Shown here: in pieces, positions 8,104 through 17,034 of the stretch | How the letters are laid out: each line of letters begins with the position of its first letter | Position numbering within the stretch: the first letter of the stretch is position 1 | Source of the DNA: an uncultured Candidatus Saccharibacteria bacterium | GTDB lineage: Bacteria; Patescibacteriota; Minisyncoccia; UBA6257; UBA9933 | Assembly: GCA_964398445.1 (NCBI GenBank) | Contig: CAYNMK010000002.1 | Coordinates: 1 to 32,786 of the forward strand | Direction: 5' to 3' | DNA: 32,786 nucleotides | The notes under the pieces: generated by a model | Databases searched by the model: none | The model's input: only the letters and a program-made list of their open reading frames with translations | Told to the model about the DNA's origin: nothing | Made by a program: the position numbers and the translations under genes

Positions 8104-9780
8104 ATGTTTACTAGAATATTTCAAATTCTCAAATCTTTTTCTCGTTATGAGCGATATGTTTTTGTGGCGTCTTTTTTAGTCTTTGTAACTTCTTTTATTT
8201 TTATTTTAATTAATTTTATAAGTCAAAATACTTTTCTTGCGCCAATTAGTGGGGGCGAATATAGGGAGGGTTTAATTGGTCAGCCAATTTTTATTAATCC
8301 TGTTTTAGTTGGCAGCAACGACTCTGATCGTGATTTAACAGAATTAATTTTTAGCAGCATTCTTGAATTAAACGAAAGTTATAGAATAGATGACTATGGT
8401 ATGACTTGGAATGTCAGGCTTAAGGAAAATATTTTTTGGCATGATGGAAATACTATTACTAGCGATGATGTGATTTTTACTGTTAAAACTATTCAAGATC
8501 CTGACGCTCGTTCTCCTCTTTTTTCCAATTGGTATGGCGTAACCGCGGAGCGAATTAGTGAGCGCGAGGTAAAATTTATTTTATTGGCTCCTTATGCGTT
8601 TTTTAAGGGCACCCTTGAAGAATTAAGATTAATTCCTGAACATCTTTTTGGTGATATACCAGCTGCTAACATCAGACTTTCTAATTATAATTTTGAACCA
8701 ATTGGCAGCGGACCTTTTAAGTTTGATTCTTTGCAGAAGCGTCGTGATGGCTTTATTACTGAGTATAATCTTATAAGAAATGAAAATTATTTTGGTCAAA
8801 AACCATATTTGAATCGGATAATTTTTAAATTTTATCTTAATGCCAATGAATTAATTAAAGATTTTAATTTAGGGGCAATTGATGGGTTTGGCGGCGTTAG
8901 TCCTAAAAATTTAACTAACATTAAACTTGATTATCAGGAATTTAAACTTGCGATGCCTAGGCATTATGCTATCTTTTTTAATGTTAATGCTCAGCCATTA
9001 TTAAATGATATAAATATCAGGGCGGCTCTAAGTATGGCTGTTGATCGTCGGTTATTGATTCAAGAAATTTTTTTAAATCGCGCTATAGTTGCTTTTGGCC
9101 CATTGAATCCTTTAATAGAAAGTCATGGTTTGAATATTTTTCGAGAAAATTCTTTAGCATTTAAGCCTGAAGAAGCTAATCAAATTTTAGATAATGCAGG
9201 TTGGCGGATTAATTATGAAGGAATTCGTGAAAAAAATTTTAATGATGGCAAAAAAGAAAAAATTTTAAAATTGGAATTTAAATTAACTGTTCCGGAGATA
9301 CCGTTTTTAATTGAAACGGCAAATATTATTCAAGAGAATTGGAAAAAAATTGGCGTTAAATTAGATATAGAAATTTTTCATCCATTTCATATTAATAATG
9401 AAATAATTAAAGCTCGTAAATATGAGATGCTTTTATTTGGTAATATTTTTGGTAAAAGTCCGGATTTTTTCTCTTTTTGGCATTCTTCAGAAAAATTTTA
9501 TCCTGGTCTTAATTTGTCTCTTTATGACAATAAAGAAGCAGACATTTTAATTGAATTAATTAGAGAAGATTTAGAAAAAGAAAGTCGGCAGCGAAATTTA
9601 AATAAACTTCAATCATTGATTGTTAATGACCAGCCAGCGGTTTTTCTTTATTTTCCGTTTTATCTTTATGTTAGCAATGCCCAGCTTGGCGGTTTTAAGG
9701 AAGAATTTATTTTTTTCCCAAGTGAACGTTTTGAAAATATTGAAAATTGGTATTTAGAAACGGAAAGAAGATTTAAATAA
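8104..9780 (+). CDS. ABC transporter substrate-binding protein, family 5 (peptide/nickel, OppA/DppA-like)
   Basis: 558 aa with an N-terminal TM anchor and SBP_bac_5-like sequence (WHDGNTITSDDVIFT, GSGPFKF). No permease or ATPase genes are adjacent. Confidence 0.7.
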   Translation: MFTRIFQILKSFSRYERYVFVASFLVFVTSFIFILINFISQNTFLAPISGGEYREGLIGQPIFINPVLVGSNDSDRDLTELIFSSILELNESYRIDDYGMTWNVRLKENIFWHDGNTITSDDVIFTVKTIQDPDARSPLFSNWYGVTAERISEREVKFILLAPYAFFKGTLEELRLIPEHLFGDIPAANIRLSNYNFEPIGSGPFKFDSLQKRRDGFITEYNLIRNENYFGQKPYLNRIIFKFYLNANELIKDFNLGAIDGFGGVSPKNLTNIKLDYQEFKLAMPRHYAIFFNVNAQPLLNDINIRAALSMAVDRRLLIQEIFLNRAIVAFGPLNPLIESHGLNIFRENSLAFKPEEANQILDNAGWRINYEGIREKNFNDGKKEKILKLEFKLTVPEIPFLIETANIIQENWKKIGVKLDIEIFHPFHINNEIIKARKYEMLLFGNIFGKSPDFFSFWHSSEKFYPGLNLSLYDNKEADILIELIREDLEKESRQRNLNKLQSLIVNDQPAVFLYFPFYLYVSNAQLGGFKEEFIFFPSERFENIENWYLETERRFK

Positions 9781-9990
9781 AATATCTTTGAATTACGCTG
9801 TTCATTTTATATCTGTCAATTTACTATGTTCAATGCAAATTCCGTCCGAAGAATCTCATTTTTAACAAGATATTACGAGATTTTTCGCGGAGCTTGCGCT
9901 GAATGAAGCGAAGTGCCTCAGAATGACAGGAGGGGGCTCAGAATGACAATGGGCAAAAACAGGTATGTTCGCAATTCAAAGAGTATATAA
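9781..9990. mobile_element. MITE-like nonautonomous element (TIR family ATATCTTTGAATT)
   Basis: The left end aatatctttgaattacgctgttc and right end gttcgcaattcaaagagtatat form an imperfect inverted repeat. No ORF. The internal motif ttcgcggagcttgcgctgaatgaagcgaag...cagaatgaca recurs at 10621-10686. Confidence 0.5.
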
Positions 9991-10343
9991 ATTTGACTTT
10001 AAAAATATGAAGCGTATAATGAATATATATTAAGGACTCTTTTGTTGATGGTGCTAAGAAATTCTTTTTTAATAAAATATTTTTTAGAATTTTTAGAAAA
10101 CTTAAAATATTTAAGTTCTAAATTTTGAAAAGAAATAAAATTTTTAAGCAAACTGGTTAAAGTGTTTTTAATAATAATTAAAAAGTAGACTTATTGCATA
10201 ATATTTTTCATAGTGAAAATTTTTAGATTTTAAACAAAGTAAAGCGACTTTTGAGACATATTTTATGGAGAATAAGGTATTTTATATTATAAAATATAAA
10301 AAGCATTATTTATAATATGTTTTCAGGTTTTCCTTGCCTAAAT

Positions 10344-10447
10344 AATTCCCTTTTTGCCTTCGCTGTTAACCTCGTTCGCCTAACGCCATTTTTTCAGCCT
10401 CAAAGGGACGCTAACGCTTCTGGAAAAAATAGCTACGAACTTCGGGG
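10344..10447. ncRNA. Conserved noncoding element, copy A (unknown function)
   Basis: ~80% identical by eye over ~105 nt to 21303-21405. Shared blocks: ttgccttcg, tcgttcg, gccatttt, aaagggacgcta, cgcttct, aaaaaatagctac, ttcgggg. Confidence 0.4.
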
Positions 10448-10620
10448 CAATGCCTAGACATTCTTTTTCCGAATATCGTCACGGAATATTCAGGCGAGGA
10501 AAGTGTGGGCAATATTAAGGGTTCTTGCAAATTATTGTAAAAAATTAAATGTTTCTTATGTGAAGATATAGGATTTAGAATATAATGAATTTTTAATTTC
10601 TAATGATTAAAATGACCACA

Positions 10621-10706
10621 GAGATTCTTCGCGGAGCCTGTGCTGAGCGAAGCGAAGTATTCAGAATGACAATAGGCAAAAACAGACAGCGTAATTCAAA
10701 GATATT
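10621..10706. mobile_element. Partial (right-half) copy of the MITE-like element
   Basis: Direct repeat of 9878-9990. Its terminal 21 nt (10686-10706, acagcgtaattcaaagatatt) is the perfect reverse complement of 9781-9801. Confidence 0.5.
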
Positions 10707-10782
10707 GTAAATAAATAAAATTATTCTAAGGTTTAGTGCGTATTAATTTAAATGAATTTTAGAGTAAATAATTATTAAAATA

Positions 10783-12480
10783 ATGAAAAAAATAATAAAA
10801 AAAATTTCCGAAAAAGAAGAAGTAGTTAAATTTATTCCAATTGGTGGATTTGAAGAGGTTGGTCGTAATATGATGCTTTTTGAATATCAAGATGAGATTA
10901 TTATTATTGATGCTGGTCTTCAATTTCCAGAAGAAACTACTCCGGGCATTGATTATATAATTCCGAATATTTCTTATCTTGAGAAAAAAAAGAATAATAT
11001 TAAAGTTTTAATTATTACTCATGGTCATTATGATCATATTGGCGCTATCCCTCATATTATGGAAAAATTAGGAAATCCGACTATTTTAACAACATCAATT
11101 TCTAAAGAAATAATTATTAAACGCCAAAGAGATTACCCTAACGCGCCAAAGCTTAATTTTGACATTATTAAACCTAATGACAGTCGTCGGCTTTCTGAAA
11201 ATTTTAAAGCGGAGTTTTTTGGCCTTGCGCATAATATCCCTGAAGGATTTGGTGTAATTTTAGATACACCGATTGGTAAAGTTGTTCATGGAGGAGAGTT
11301 TAAGTTTGACTATGATATTGATGGTAAGCCGCGTGATTTGAATATTTGGAAAAAAATCGGTGATCAAAAAATTCACACATTATTGCTTGAATCAACTGGA
11401 GCTGAAACACCTGGTTATTCAATCTCTGAAAGAGTAGTAGAGCAGGAATTGGAAAAACTTTTCAAAAAAGCTGATGGCAGAATTATTGTTGGAACTTTTT
11501 CTTCGCTCTTAGATCGTTTGGCTGAAATTATTAAAATTGCGGAGCGGCTTAACAGAAAAGTCGCTATTAGTGGATTTTCAATGAAAACAAATATTCAGAT
11601 TGTTCGTGATCTTGGCTTTATGAAGGTTCAAAAAGGAACTATTATTCCTTTGGAAGAAATTAAAAAATATCACGATGATAAACTTTTAATTCTTTGCACC
11701 GGTGCCCAGGGTGAGCCCAATGCCAGTTTAATGAAAATTGCCAATGGAGAACATCCTTATATTGGAATTAAAAAAGGCGATATGGTGATCTTGTCATCTT
11801 CAATTGTTCCGGGAAATGAGCGCAGTGTTCAAATAATTAAAGATGATATTTCTCGCCAGGGCGCGTTAGTTTACCATAATAATATGCTAGATATTCATTC
11901 CAGCGGTCATGCCCCCCAGGAAGAGCTTAAAATAACAATGAGGCTTGTTCGTCCAAGATTTTTTATTCCGATGCACGGTTATTATTTTATGCGATGGAGA
12001 AATGCTCAAAACGCGCAAGAAGCTATAAAACTTAAGCCTGATGAAACTATATTGACTAGCAATGGACAGGTTGTTTTATTAACAAAAAATTCAGTTAAAA
12101 TAACAGAAGAAACAGTGCCGGTTTTTTATGTGATGGTTGACGGCTTGGGCGTTGGTGATGTTGGAGAAGTGGTTTTAAGAGATCGTCGAGTTTTATCTCA
12201 GGAAGGCATGGTGGTTATTATATCTACTTTAGATCGCCAAACGGGTCGTTTTCTTAAAAATCCAGATATTATTTCTCGGGGATTTATTTATCTTAAGGAA
12301 AATAAGGAATTAGTAGAAGAATTAAGAAAGAATATTCGTGGTATCATTAATCGCATTCCCCAGCGCCAATATTTTGAATCAAATTATATTAAATCTTTAA
12401 TACGAAATCAAGTAAGCAAATTTTTATATAAAAAAATCAAAAGAAGACCTATGATTATCCCTGTTATTATTGAAATATGA
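10783..12480 (+). CDS. rnj: Ribonuclease J
   Basis: 565 aa. Metallo-beta-lactamase motif HGHYDHIGA, beta-CASP region, and a C-terminal domain typical of RNase J. Confidence 0.85.
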   Translation: MKKIIKKISEKEEVVKFIPIGGFEEVGRNMMLFEYQDEIIIIDAGLQFPEETTPGIDYIIPNISYLEKKKNNIKVLIITHGHYDHIGAIPHIMEKLGNPTILTTSISKEIIIKRQRDYPNAPKLNFDIIKPNDSRRLSENFKAEFFGLAHNIPEGFGVILDTPIGKVVHGGEFKFDYDIDGKPRDLNIWKKIGDQKIHTLLLESTGAETPGYSISERVVEQELEKLFKKADGRIIVGTFSSLLDRLAEIIKIAERLNRKVAISGFSMKTNIQIVRDLGFMKVQKGTIIPLEEIKKYHDDKLLILCTGAQGEPNASLMKIANGEHPYIGIKKGDMVILSSSIVPGNERSVQIIKDDISRQGALVYHNNMLDIHSSGHAPQEELKITMRLVRPRFFIPMHGYYFMRWRNAQNAQEAIKLKPDETILTSNGQVVLLTKNSVKITEETVPVFYVMVDGLGVGDVGEVVLRDRRVLSQEGMVVIISTLDRQTGRFLKNPDIISRGFIYLKENKELVEELRKNIRGIINRIPQRQYFESNYIKSLIRNQVSKFLYKKIKRRPMIIPVIIEI

Positions 12481-12539
12481 TTAAAAATATCAAGCATTAA
12501 ATATTTATAGATGTTTGATATACAGAATATAGCTTAATT

Positions 12540-13523
12540 ATGAAAAAATCAACAATAGTTAGTGGATTAAAGCCTAGCGGAGAACTTCATATTGGAAATT
12601 ATTTGGGTGTATTAAAAAACGCTGTTGAGTTACAAAATTCAAATAAATATAATTGTTTTTATTTTGTTGCGGATTATCACTCTTTGAGTTTAAAATATAA
12701 TACTAAAGAAAAAATTAGAGAAATTTATAATATGGCGGTTGATTCTTTAGCCGCAGGGCTTGATATTAAAAAATCAACGATTTTTATACAATCGCATATT
12801 TTAGAGCATGCTAATTTAGCATGGATTTTAAATAATATTACTCCAATGGGCAAGCTCCAGGGAATGATTGAGTATAAAGAAAAATTAAATGAAGGCCAGA
12901 TGCCAAATGTTGGACTTTTTAGCTATCCTGTTTTAATGGCAGCTGATATTCTTTTGTATAGAGCTAAATTTGTGCCTATTGGTGACGACCAAAAACAACA
13001 TTTAGAATTAACAAGAGATATTATTAAAATTTTTAACGATAGATTTGGTAAAACTTTCGTTGAACCAAAAGCTATTTTAACTAAATTTCCGCGAGTAATG
13101 AGTTTAGATAATCCTAATAAAAAAATGTCTAAAACTATGCCTAAAGGATGTTTGTATTTATCTGATTCACCAAAAATTATTAGAGAAAAAATAAAAGGCG
13201 CTGTTACGGATTCATATGAAGAGATTAGTTATGATCCAAAAAATCGTTTGGCAATTTCTAATTTAGTTTTAATTTATTCAGAATTTTCAGGAAAAACTAT
13301 ATCAGAAGTTGTTGAAAAATTTAAAAGAGTAAATTACTCGGAATTTAAAAATGAATTAGCAATGACAATTATTGAGGCATTAGGTCCGATTCAAGAAAGG
13401 CGCGGGAAATTAATTAATAATAAAAAGTATGTAATGAAAGTTCTGGCCGACGGCGCTAAAAAAGCTAAATATATTGCTGAAACCACGATGACGGAAGTTA
13501 AAAAGAAGGTTGGTTTGATATAA
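12540..13523 (+). CDS. trpS: Tryptophan--tRNA ligase
   Basis: 327 aa. Class I signatures PSGELHIGNYLG and KMSKT. Length and layout are typical of TrpRS. Confidence 0.9.
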   Translation: MKKSTIVSGLKPSGELHIGNYLGVLKNAVELQNSNKYNCFYFVADYHSLSLKYNTKEKIREIYNMAVDSLAAGLDIKKSTIFIQSHILEHANLAWILNNITPMGKLQGMIEYKEKLNEGQMPNVGLFSYPVLMAADILLYRAKFVPIGDDQKQHLELTRDIIKIFNDRFGKTFVEPKAILTKFPRVMSLDNPNKKMSKTMPKGCLYLSDSPKIIREKIKGAVTDSYEEISYDPKNRLAISNLVLIYSEFSGKTISEVVEKFKRVNYSEFKNELAMTIIEALGPIQERRGKLINNKKYVMKVLADGAKKAKYIAETTMTEVKKKVGLI

Positions 13524-13558
13524 AAAAATGGTTCATATGCGTATGAGCCATTTTTTTA
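13522..13558. terminator. Bidirectional rho-independent terminator between the convergent trpS and dehydrogenase genes
   Basis: atggttcata (13528-13537) pairs with tatgagccat (13542-13551). An A-run lies upstream and a T-run downstream. Confidence 0.7.
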
Positions 13559-13561
13559 TTG

Positions 13562-14581
13562 CTATGCTTTGATTGGAAAAGCCGCTTCTCCTTTTTTTAA
13601 AAAACTTTTAATATTTTTAATGTCTGCGTCTAAAATTCGTTTGAGTGCTTTTTTGGTGTTAAAAGCATTATGTGGTGTAATAATTACATTGGGCATATCA
13701 ATTAAAATATGATTTGCTAAAATGGTTTTTAAGTCGTGGGCTTTAATATTTCCGTAAAGAAGCAGTGATTTTTCGTCTTGAGTCGCGCTTTCTTCTTCTA
13801 AGACATCTAACCCAGCGCCAGATAAAATTTGTTCATTTAATGCTTTAACCAAGGCCTTAGTTTCTATTATCGCGCCGCGAGAAGTATTGATAAGTAAAGC
13901 GCCTTTTTTGATTTTATTGATATTTTTAGAATTTATTAAGTGATGGGTGGATTTAAGGTAGGGGATATGCAGGCTGATAATGTCTGATTGACTGAGTAAT
14001 TTCTCTAATCCGACATATTGAAATCCTGATTTTTTACTAAATTGTTTGTCTGGATAAGCATCAAAAGCGATTATTTTCATATCAAATCCATTGGCGATTT
14101 TTATCATATGTTTGCCGATTCTGCCGGTGCCGATAATGCCAATTGTTCTTCCTTTTAAGTCAAACCCCATTAATCCCTCTAAAGAAAAACTACCGGTTTC
14201 TCGGATACGATTATAGGCTTGATAAATTTTTCTTGAAAAAGTAAGAATTAATCCAAAAGCCATTTCTGCTACTGTATTATCGCCATATCCAGGTACATAA
14301 GCCACTTTAATGCCTCTTTTTTTGGCGGTTTGCAAATCTATGTGGTCAAAACCAGTTGAGCGAGTGGTGATTAATTTTAAATTTGAAAAACTGTCAATAA
14401 CTTTTTTATCAATTTTTGACTTAACAAAAACAGAGATAATTTCAGCATTTTTTTCAGCTGGTAAATTATCTTTGTCTATATTATTGTCATAAAAAAATAA
14501 TTCTTGATTATTGATTTTTGGCTTTTGATTTTTAATATAATCCTTTTCCCAGTTTTTAATTTCAAAAAAAACAATTTTCAT
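13562..14581 (-). CDS. D-isomer-specific 2-hydroxyacid dehydrogenase (LdhA/SerA-like)
   Basis: NAD-binding motif GIIGTGRIGKHM, with NTSRGAII and PHNAF motifs. The start is moved to the internal ATG at 14581 (MKIVFFE) because the longer ORF overlaps the clpP 3' end. Confidence 0.8.
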   Translation of the reverse strand: MKIVFFEIKNWEKDYIKNQKPKINNQELFFYDNNIDKDNLPAEKNAEIISVFVKSKIDKKVIDSFSNLKLITTRSTGFDHIDLQTAKKRGIKVAYVPGYGDNTVAEMAFGLILTFSRKIYQAYNRIRETGSFSLEGLMGFDLKGRTIGIIGTGRIGKHMIKIANGFDMKIIAFDAYPDKQFSKKSGFQYVGLEKLLSQSDIISLHIPYLKSTHHLINSKNINKIKKGALLINTSRGAIIETKALVKALNEQILSGAGLDVLEEESATQDEKSLLLYGNIKAHDLKTILANHILIDMPNVIITPHNAFNTKKALKRILDADIKNIKSFLKKGEAAFPIKA

Positions 14582-14588
14582 AATAATA

Positions 14589-15173
14589 TTATTTTTTTGC
14601 TTTAATAATTTCGTCAATTAAGCCATATTCTTTGGCTTCTTTGGCGTTAAGCCAAAAGTCGCGGTCAGTGTCTTTTTCTATTTTAGGTAGTGGTTGATTA
14701 GTGTGCTTGGCTAAGATGTGGTTTAATTGGTCTTTAATTTTAATAATATGACGAGCGGCGATTTCAATTTCTACTGCTTGTCCTTCGCCCGCGCCCATTA
14801 CCTGGTGAAGCAGAACTTCAGAATTTGGCAGCATAAATCTTTTATCTTTTTTGCCCGACGTTAAAAGTATTGCCCCCATTGAACCGGCGATTCCAACGCA
14901 AATTGTTGAAACATCTGGTTTAATGTATTGCATTGTGTCGTAAATTGCCAAGCCAGCTGAAACCGCGCCGCCAGGAGTATTTATATAAAGTATAATGTCT
15001 TTTTTTCGGTCTTCATGTTCTAAAAATAAAAGTTGAGCGATTATTGCATTAGCCATTGAATCGGTAATCGGTCCGCCTAGAAAAATTATTCGTTCTTTGA
15101 GTAATCGGGAATAGATATCATAAGCGCGTTCGCCGTATTGAGATTTTTCTATTACTGTGGGTATTAAATTCAT
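14589..15173 (-). CDS. clpP: ATP-dependent Clp protease proteolytic subunit
   Basis: 194 aa. [28 protein letters not shown] (Ser) and LLHQV (His) motifs. Confidence 0.92.
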   Translation of the reverse strand: MNLIPTVIEKSQYGERAYDIYSRLLKERIIFLGGPITDSMANAIIAQLLFLEHEDRKKDIILYINTPGGAVSAGLAIYDTMQYIKPDVSTICVGIAGSMGAILLTSGKKDKRFMLPNSEVLLHQVMGAGEGQAVEIEIAARHIIKIKDQLNHILAKHTNQPLPKIEKDTDRDFWLNAKEAKEYGLIDEIIKAKK

Positions 15174-15242
15174 ATTATATTTAATATATTCAACAATATT
15201 AAATTAATCAATAATATTGATGAAACGCTTTGTAATTTTTAT

Positions 15243-15767
15243 TTATGATTTATATTTTTCTTTATAAAGATTTGTTGATTTTTCTATGATTTTAATCGCT
15301 TTTTCTTTATTTTCCCATTCTCCCACAATTACTTCTTTTTTTTGCAAATCTTTATAAACTTGAAAAAAATGTTGGACTTCTTCTAGTATGTGCGGTTCTA
15401 CATCATAAATATCGTTTGTATTTTTAAATCTTGGATCTTTTGTTGGTATAGCTAAAATTTTTTCGTCATTTTCGCGATCATCTATTATATTGAGCAAGCC
15501 AATTGGCTTTGTTTCAATAAAACAACCAGGTACTAATGATTCATGGGAAAACAACATAACATCTAATGGGTCTCCATCGCCACAAAGAGATTGGGGAATA
15601 AATCCATAGTTCATTGGATAATGCATTGGCGAATAAAGAATGCGATCAACTTTAATAATCCCTGTTTTTTTATCTATTTCGTATTTTACACGAGAAAGTT
15701 TAGGGATTTCAATCACCGTTATAAATTTTTCTTTATTGCCAAATTGTAAGTCATGCCAAAGATTCAT
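15243..15767 (-). CDS. ppa: Inorganic pyrophosphatase (family I)
   Basis: 174 aa. YPMNYGFIP and DGDPLDVM motifs. Confidence 0.9.
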   Translation of the reverse strand: MNLWHDLQFGNKEKFITVIEIPKLSRVKYEIDKKTGIIKVDRILYSPMHYPMNYGFIPQSLCGDGDPLDVMLFSHESLVPGCFIETKPIGLLNIIDDRENDEKILAIPTKDPRFKNTNDIYDVEPHILEEVQHFFQVYKDLQKKEVIVGEWENKEKAIKIIEKSTNLYKEKYKS

Positions 15768-15802
15768 AATTATTTGAAGCTTATTTTTTGTTTTTAGTAT
15801 TT

Positions 15803-17023
15803 TTATTGTTTTTCTGCTTCTGCGTCTGTTTTAATTTTTGTTTTTTCTGCTTCTGCTATTCCGCTTTTATGAATTTCTTCTGGACGCGATTCAGAACGAA
15901 CATCGATTTTCCAGCCAGTAAGTTTAGCGGCTAATCTAACATTTTGTCCGCCTTTGCCGATTGCTAAACTTAATTGGTCTTCTGGTACCAGTGCTTTAGC
16001 TTCCCTGCGCGGCATAATTTCCACTATTTTTACTTTTGCAGGAGAGAGTGCCGCAGCAATAAATTTTGCTGCGTCATCTGACCATTCAATAATGTCAATT
16101 TTTTCCATTCCAAGCTCATTGCTTATGGACATTACCCTGGTGCCTCTTTGGCCAACACTGGATCCAATCGGATCTACGCCTTCTATCTTAGAAGTTACTG
16201 CGATTTTTGTTCGGCTACCGGCTTCCCGGGCGATAGATTTAATTTCTACTGATTCATCTTGAATTTCCGGCACTTCCATCTCAAAAAGTTTGCTGACAAA
16301 TTTCGGGTGAGAGCGCGAAAGAATTATCCCAGGTAATCTGGATGTTTCCTCTTGAAGATGTAAAAGATAAAAACGTAACCTTTCGCCTATTCGATAATGC
16401 TCGCCAGGAATAATTTCATTATAAAACATTATTCCAACTGCTCGTTTTAAATCAATATAAACATTGCCGTGTTCAACTCTTTGGACGACACCACTGATAA
16501 TTTCTCCTTCTTTTCCTGCATATTCTTTTTTAATAGACTCTCTTTCGGCTTCTCTGATTTTTTGCAGAATTACTTGTTTGGCTGTTTGGGCTGCAATTCT
16601 GCCGAATTTTTCATATTTTTTCAATGGAAATTCTATCTCTTCGTTAAGCTTAGCGTTGTTTTTTATTTTTTTTGCGTCTTCAATTAAAATATGGCGGTCA
16701 GGATTATAGCGTGGTAGTTTTTCTTCTTTATTTTCTATAGTTTTTTTATCTGCGGCAAACTTAACAGGGGCTGGAGCATTAATAGATTTTTTATCCTCCA
16801 TTTCTACTATGGTTTCGTCAACTACAGTTTTTATTTTTTTAAATTTCAAATCACCAGTTTTTAAATCTAATTTTGCTGCAATAAATTCTACTTTTTTTCC
16901 ATATTCTTTTTTATAGGCGGCGGCAATTGCATCTTCAACTACTTTGATAATTTCTTCAGGTTTGATGCTTTTTTCGTCGGCAATTTGTTCCACTACCCGA
17001 TTGAGATTTTTAATATCTAACAT
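15803..17023 (-). CDS. nusA: Transcription termination/antitermination factor NusA
   Basis: N-terminal domain, an S1 domain (ISGVVQRVEHGNVYIDL), and two KH domains (DPIGSSVGQRGTRV; LAIGKGGQNVRLAAKLTGWKIDV). Confidence 0.9.
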   Translation of the reverse strand: MLDIKNLNRVVEQIADEKSIKPEEIIKVVEDAIAAAYKKEYGKKVEFIAAKLDLKTGDLKFKKIKTVVDETIVEMEDKKSINAPAPVKFAADKKTIENKEEKLPRYNPDRHILIEDAKKIKNNAKLNEEIEFPLKKYEKFGRIAAQTAKQVILQKIREAERESIKKEYAGKEGEIISGVVQRVEHGNVYIDLKRAVGIMFYNEIIPGEHYRIGERLRFYLLHLQEETSRLPGIILSRSHPKFVSKLFEMEVPEIQDESVEIKSIAREAGSRTKIAVTSKIEGVDPIGSSVGQRGTRVMSISNELGMEKIDIIEWSDDAAKFIAAALSPAKVKIVEIMPRREAKALVPEDQLSLAIGKGGQNVRLAAKLTGWKIDVRSESRPEEIHKSGIAEAEKTKIKTDAEAEKQ

Positions 17024-17034
17024 TTTATTTTACT

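Noticed and set aside
10020-10330. Very AT-rich 300-nt stretch with a 26-codon ORF (MVLRNSFLIKYFLEFLENLKYLSSKF)
   Set aside because: There is no recognisable homology, SD or conservation evidence. It could be a decayed gene or spacer, and nothing supports a call.
10344-10447. Possible micro-ORFs in the conserved element: minus-strand MALGERG*/MALNERS* and plus-strand ...LPSLLTSF(A/V)*
   Set aside because: They are too short, the start context is not conserved, and copy A has an in-frame stop 14 codons upstream. Two copies are insufficient evidence for coding.
10494-10512. gcgaggaaagtgtgggc resembles the RNase P RNA P4 motif GAGGAAAGUCCGGGC
   Set aside because: None of the other conserved RNase P blocks (for example AGGGUGAAA or ACAGAACCCGGCUUA equivalents) are present nearby on either strand.
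14582-14617. Longer start (14617) for the dehydrogenase ORF
   Set aside because: It would overlap the last 29 nt of clpP. The ATG at 14581 gives the family-typical MKIVFF N-terminus.
14310-16709. Antisense ORFs 14310-14492, 15954-16262, 16464-16709 and 16469-16687
   Set aside because: They are embedded antisense in well-supported dehydrogenase and nusA genes, with low-complexity composition typical of shadow ORFs in AT-rich DNA.
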